From assembly GCF_009914755.1 (NCBI RefSeq), contig NC_060926.1: 64,000 bases of DNA, one strand, 5' to 3'. Below the pieces are notes generated by a model, which was not told the origin of the DNA, did no database searches, and was given only the letters and a program-made list of their open reading frames with translations. The translations under genes were made by a program, and so were the position numbers. The stretch is from the human T2T-CHM13v2.0 reference genome, Homo sapiens. Of the stretch, positions 60,543-64,000 are shown one piece after another. Position 1 is the stretch's first letter; each line of letters begins with the position of its first letter.

Positions 60543-63500
60543 GTAAGGACTTCTTCAAATTGTATTTATGTTCTTTCTACTCTTCCTAGAGCAGTGTATC
60601 ATTTGCCTGACTTGAATGTTTACTCACTAGGCTTTTCCAAGCAATCTTACAATAAAAAGATCTGTCAAATGCTTTTGATTAAATTTTTTAATAGATTATA
60701 GCTTTATTTCTTTTGTTAAAGTAAAACACGTGTTAAGGGAAGAGAAGATGGAATAGGAACATTGATTTATTAGTCTTTTTAAAGACATTGAGCAAACCAC
60801 TGCTCTAAATCAAGTGCAGTTATAAATGTTTTATTAATTCTTATTGCTCTTTTATTTTATGAAATCAAATCAATACAAACCCCAGTGCTTAACCCTTTAG
60901 CTAAATAGAATAGGAATATAAACTTTTATTTGTCCAGTGTGTTTTCATAGCATGCTAGCATAAATGTTGGCCCATTATTATCAAAATATTATTTATTAGA
61001 GATTAAAAATATTTCTTGTGATTTACTAAAAAAAGTCACATTACTTTACTTGATGATGAGATGTTTATTCTTACTTGATAAGAAATGTAATGGTTTCAGA
61101 CACAAACACAAATAAAAGTACAATGTAAGTCTGGGCACAGTGGCTCACTCCTGCTATCTCAACACTTCAGGAAACCAAGGCAGGAGGAACACTTGAGCCC
61201 AGGAGTCTGAGAACAGCCTGGGCAATATAGTGAGACCTCGTCTCTATAAAGTAAATAATAAATAAATAAATTAATTAATTTTAAAAGTACATTTTATATT
61301 TTAGTTTTGGTGTTAGAGAAACTTTATTTCTCTATATTATTGCTGTCTTTTACTCTAGCCCTTGTAATTTTAGGGCAAGTAATTATGTCAAATGGAATAA
61401 AACCCTAATATCTTACTAAAATGGATCAAAATCCTAATATCTACAAAAGATTCCAGGTCGGTGTGGGGGCTTATCCACATGCATATCTGGTACTCTTAAT
61501 GAAGTAAACTTCTTAATGCCTTTTTTTTAGCTAACTTACTCTTCCTAGGGTAAGCCATTTCTATATCCTATGTTCAAGGATGACAAGTCCCTACTATTCA
61601 TTTTGCTTATTTTGCAAATTCTGGTTTTGACTTAGATTAGATGATTTAATTTCTTATTCTAAAATCTCTTATAATTCCTTAAGTCAAGGAGATCCCTCTG
61701 TTTTCATCTATCTCAAAGAATGTTCAGAATTCTATATGTGAATTTTATTAAGTGGTTCTTCTCTGTTGTGTATTTTGTTTAGGTGTTTTAACCTTCACCT
61801 TGGATTTAATATAATAATATGCCCTTATTTTTACTTTATTATTTGTTATTTCAATGTACTTCTGTGCTCTCAGCTTGATTTGATAAATACATCATCTTTC
61901 CTTTTTAGTATGCTATTGAGTCACAACTACAACTTCACGGACTTAACATTGAAGAAAGTATGCGGATGATAAAGCCAAGAGAGGTATATGAGAAAGAAAG
62001 AAATATTTGTCATGCTTTGTTTAGTATTGATTTTTTTCTTCATTTTCCTCAAAAGTTTATTAAAATCTTCATTACTTTAATGGAACTTTCAAGAAAGCAT
62101 GAAGGACCTATACTTCTGTTACTATTAGATCATTTTGCTTAAAATAGAGAATAACTCAGATGTGTATTTATTTTCATTTTTCAAGGGCTAGCCATATGGC
62201 AAGCAAACTATTTTTCTGTTAATACCACTGGATTCTGCCATATTCTTCAATGGGATGGGAAAAGGGTGACAAATTTAGTATATCATTTTCAATTCCAAAT
62301 GTCATGCCCATGGGTGCCATTAAAATCATGCTAAAGACCAGAATTATTTGTTAAAATGGAATCGTGACTATATTTCATGTCCCCTCTTACTCTAAGTATC
62401 AAACATTTTCTTTGTGTTTAGACTAGGATAGTGGAGAAAGGGATGTGGTATAATGGGAAGAGCTTTGGCTTTACAGTCTGGCTAATATTTCCAGTGAAAT
62501 CTCAGACTCTCCAGTTTACTGGGTATGTGACTTTGGGAAAGTTACTTTATTCTCTGAGACTCCTTTATATTTAAACAGATAACAAAAGCATGTGTCTAAT
62601 CAGGCTTGACCTAAGATCTAAATGTGTACTTTACATTAATAGAGATAAAAGACTCACAGACTTTGACATTTAAACCCTGCAGCTTGTGTAATTTGTCACT
62701 AGTCGAATCATACAGAATAAATTTTAGGTTTCACATAAGATGCTCCCAGACCGCTAGTCATTGTTTGGACAATTACTTCTTTCAACCCAGAATTACTTTG
62801 AATAAATTAAAGATGTACTCTATTCACTTCCATTTGCCAACATACAATAAATTAATGGAATAAAAAGTTCTCACATGAGAGGATATAAATTGAGAGGATA
62901 TAAATTGTTAATTTCTAGCAAAAATGAACATAGCTGCTAATAATCACATAAGTGACCAATATTGTGGAGTTTCATGAGTTACTCATAATCTTGGGACCAC
63001 TGTTGAGCATTACCTAGAACAAGTCAACATGAGAGAGGGCCGTATCCTGTCGTTGAAAAATGTATTTCTTATGTGCTTAATACTGATTTTTTAAGATATA
63101 AATTAAGTATTAGTATCTATAATATTTTCCTTACCACTTTATTGGAAATTATGGTGGGTAAACCTTATTAGATTGTTTTAAGAATAAAGAGTTTTGGATT
63201 GCCAAGTTATCAATTTTACTTACAATTAATGACATTCTTTTCTTTATATAAAGTGTACTTCACTTAATAATTCAGATATTTTAATAACAATCCCATTAAT
63301 ATTGGGATGCCAATTTTTATTGATGCCCATTTTGTAAACAAATTCCTGGTTTCTTCTAGTAGAGAGTTTATTTCACACCCACACACATACACACTCACAC
63401 ACACACACACGTACTCTCTTAACATGGAGCAGAGTAATTGGCAAATACCAAGATAATTAAAAATTAAAAGTAAACTATAGGATAATATCTTAATGAGCTT

Positions 63501-63572
63501 CCCCCAAATATTAACGTAATTAATGATGCATTGACCTCAAAATCATGTCAGACAGCACTGGAGAAAATTCAT

Positions 63573-63881
<309 letters not shown>

Positions 63882-64000
63882 TCAGAATTGCTAGGATACC
63901 GGATACACATAGGTACTTTGTATTTAACTAATTTTTTTCAGCTCAAGTTGTTTGCAAGACCAAATCTAAATTCATTCACAACCTTTAGTAAGTAATCAAT

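Overview
Human (primate) genomic DNA: an internal part of the kynureninase gene KYNU on the + strand. Four coding exons (probably exons 3-6; 121, 83, 62 and 72 bp) have canonical AG/GT ends and splice in frame. The introns are dense with mobile elements: a defective antisense HERV-W/HERV17 provirus with three LTRs and a tRNA-Ile-type primer site; an env-less HERV-F-group (HERVH48/MER48-like) provirus with an exact 5-bp TSD; a tiny two-LTR MER57 element; a THE1 element; an old L1; two Tigger1 copies; and many Alus. There are also two processed pseudogenes, STIP1-derived (sense) and SFXN4-derived (antisense, inside Tigger1). I see no support for a new protein-coding system. The most interesting signals are paleovirological: the three-LTR, probably chimeric, HERV-W; GA->AA (APOBEC3-like) damage in both proviruses; a triplicated Alu target site; and a retrocopy that may record an exon-skipped SFXN4 mRNA. 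Repeat family names and consensus comparisons are from memory and need RepeatMasker/Dfam confirmation. Most repeat boundaries are approximate.
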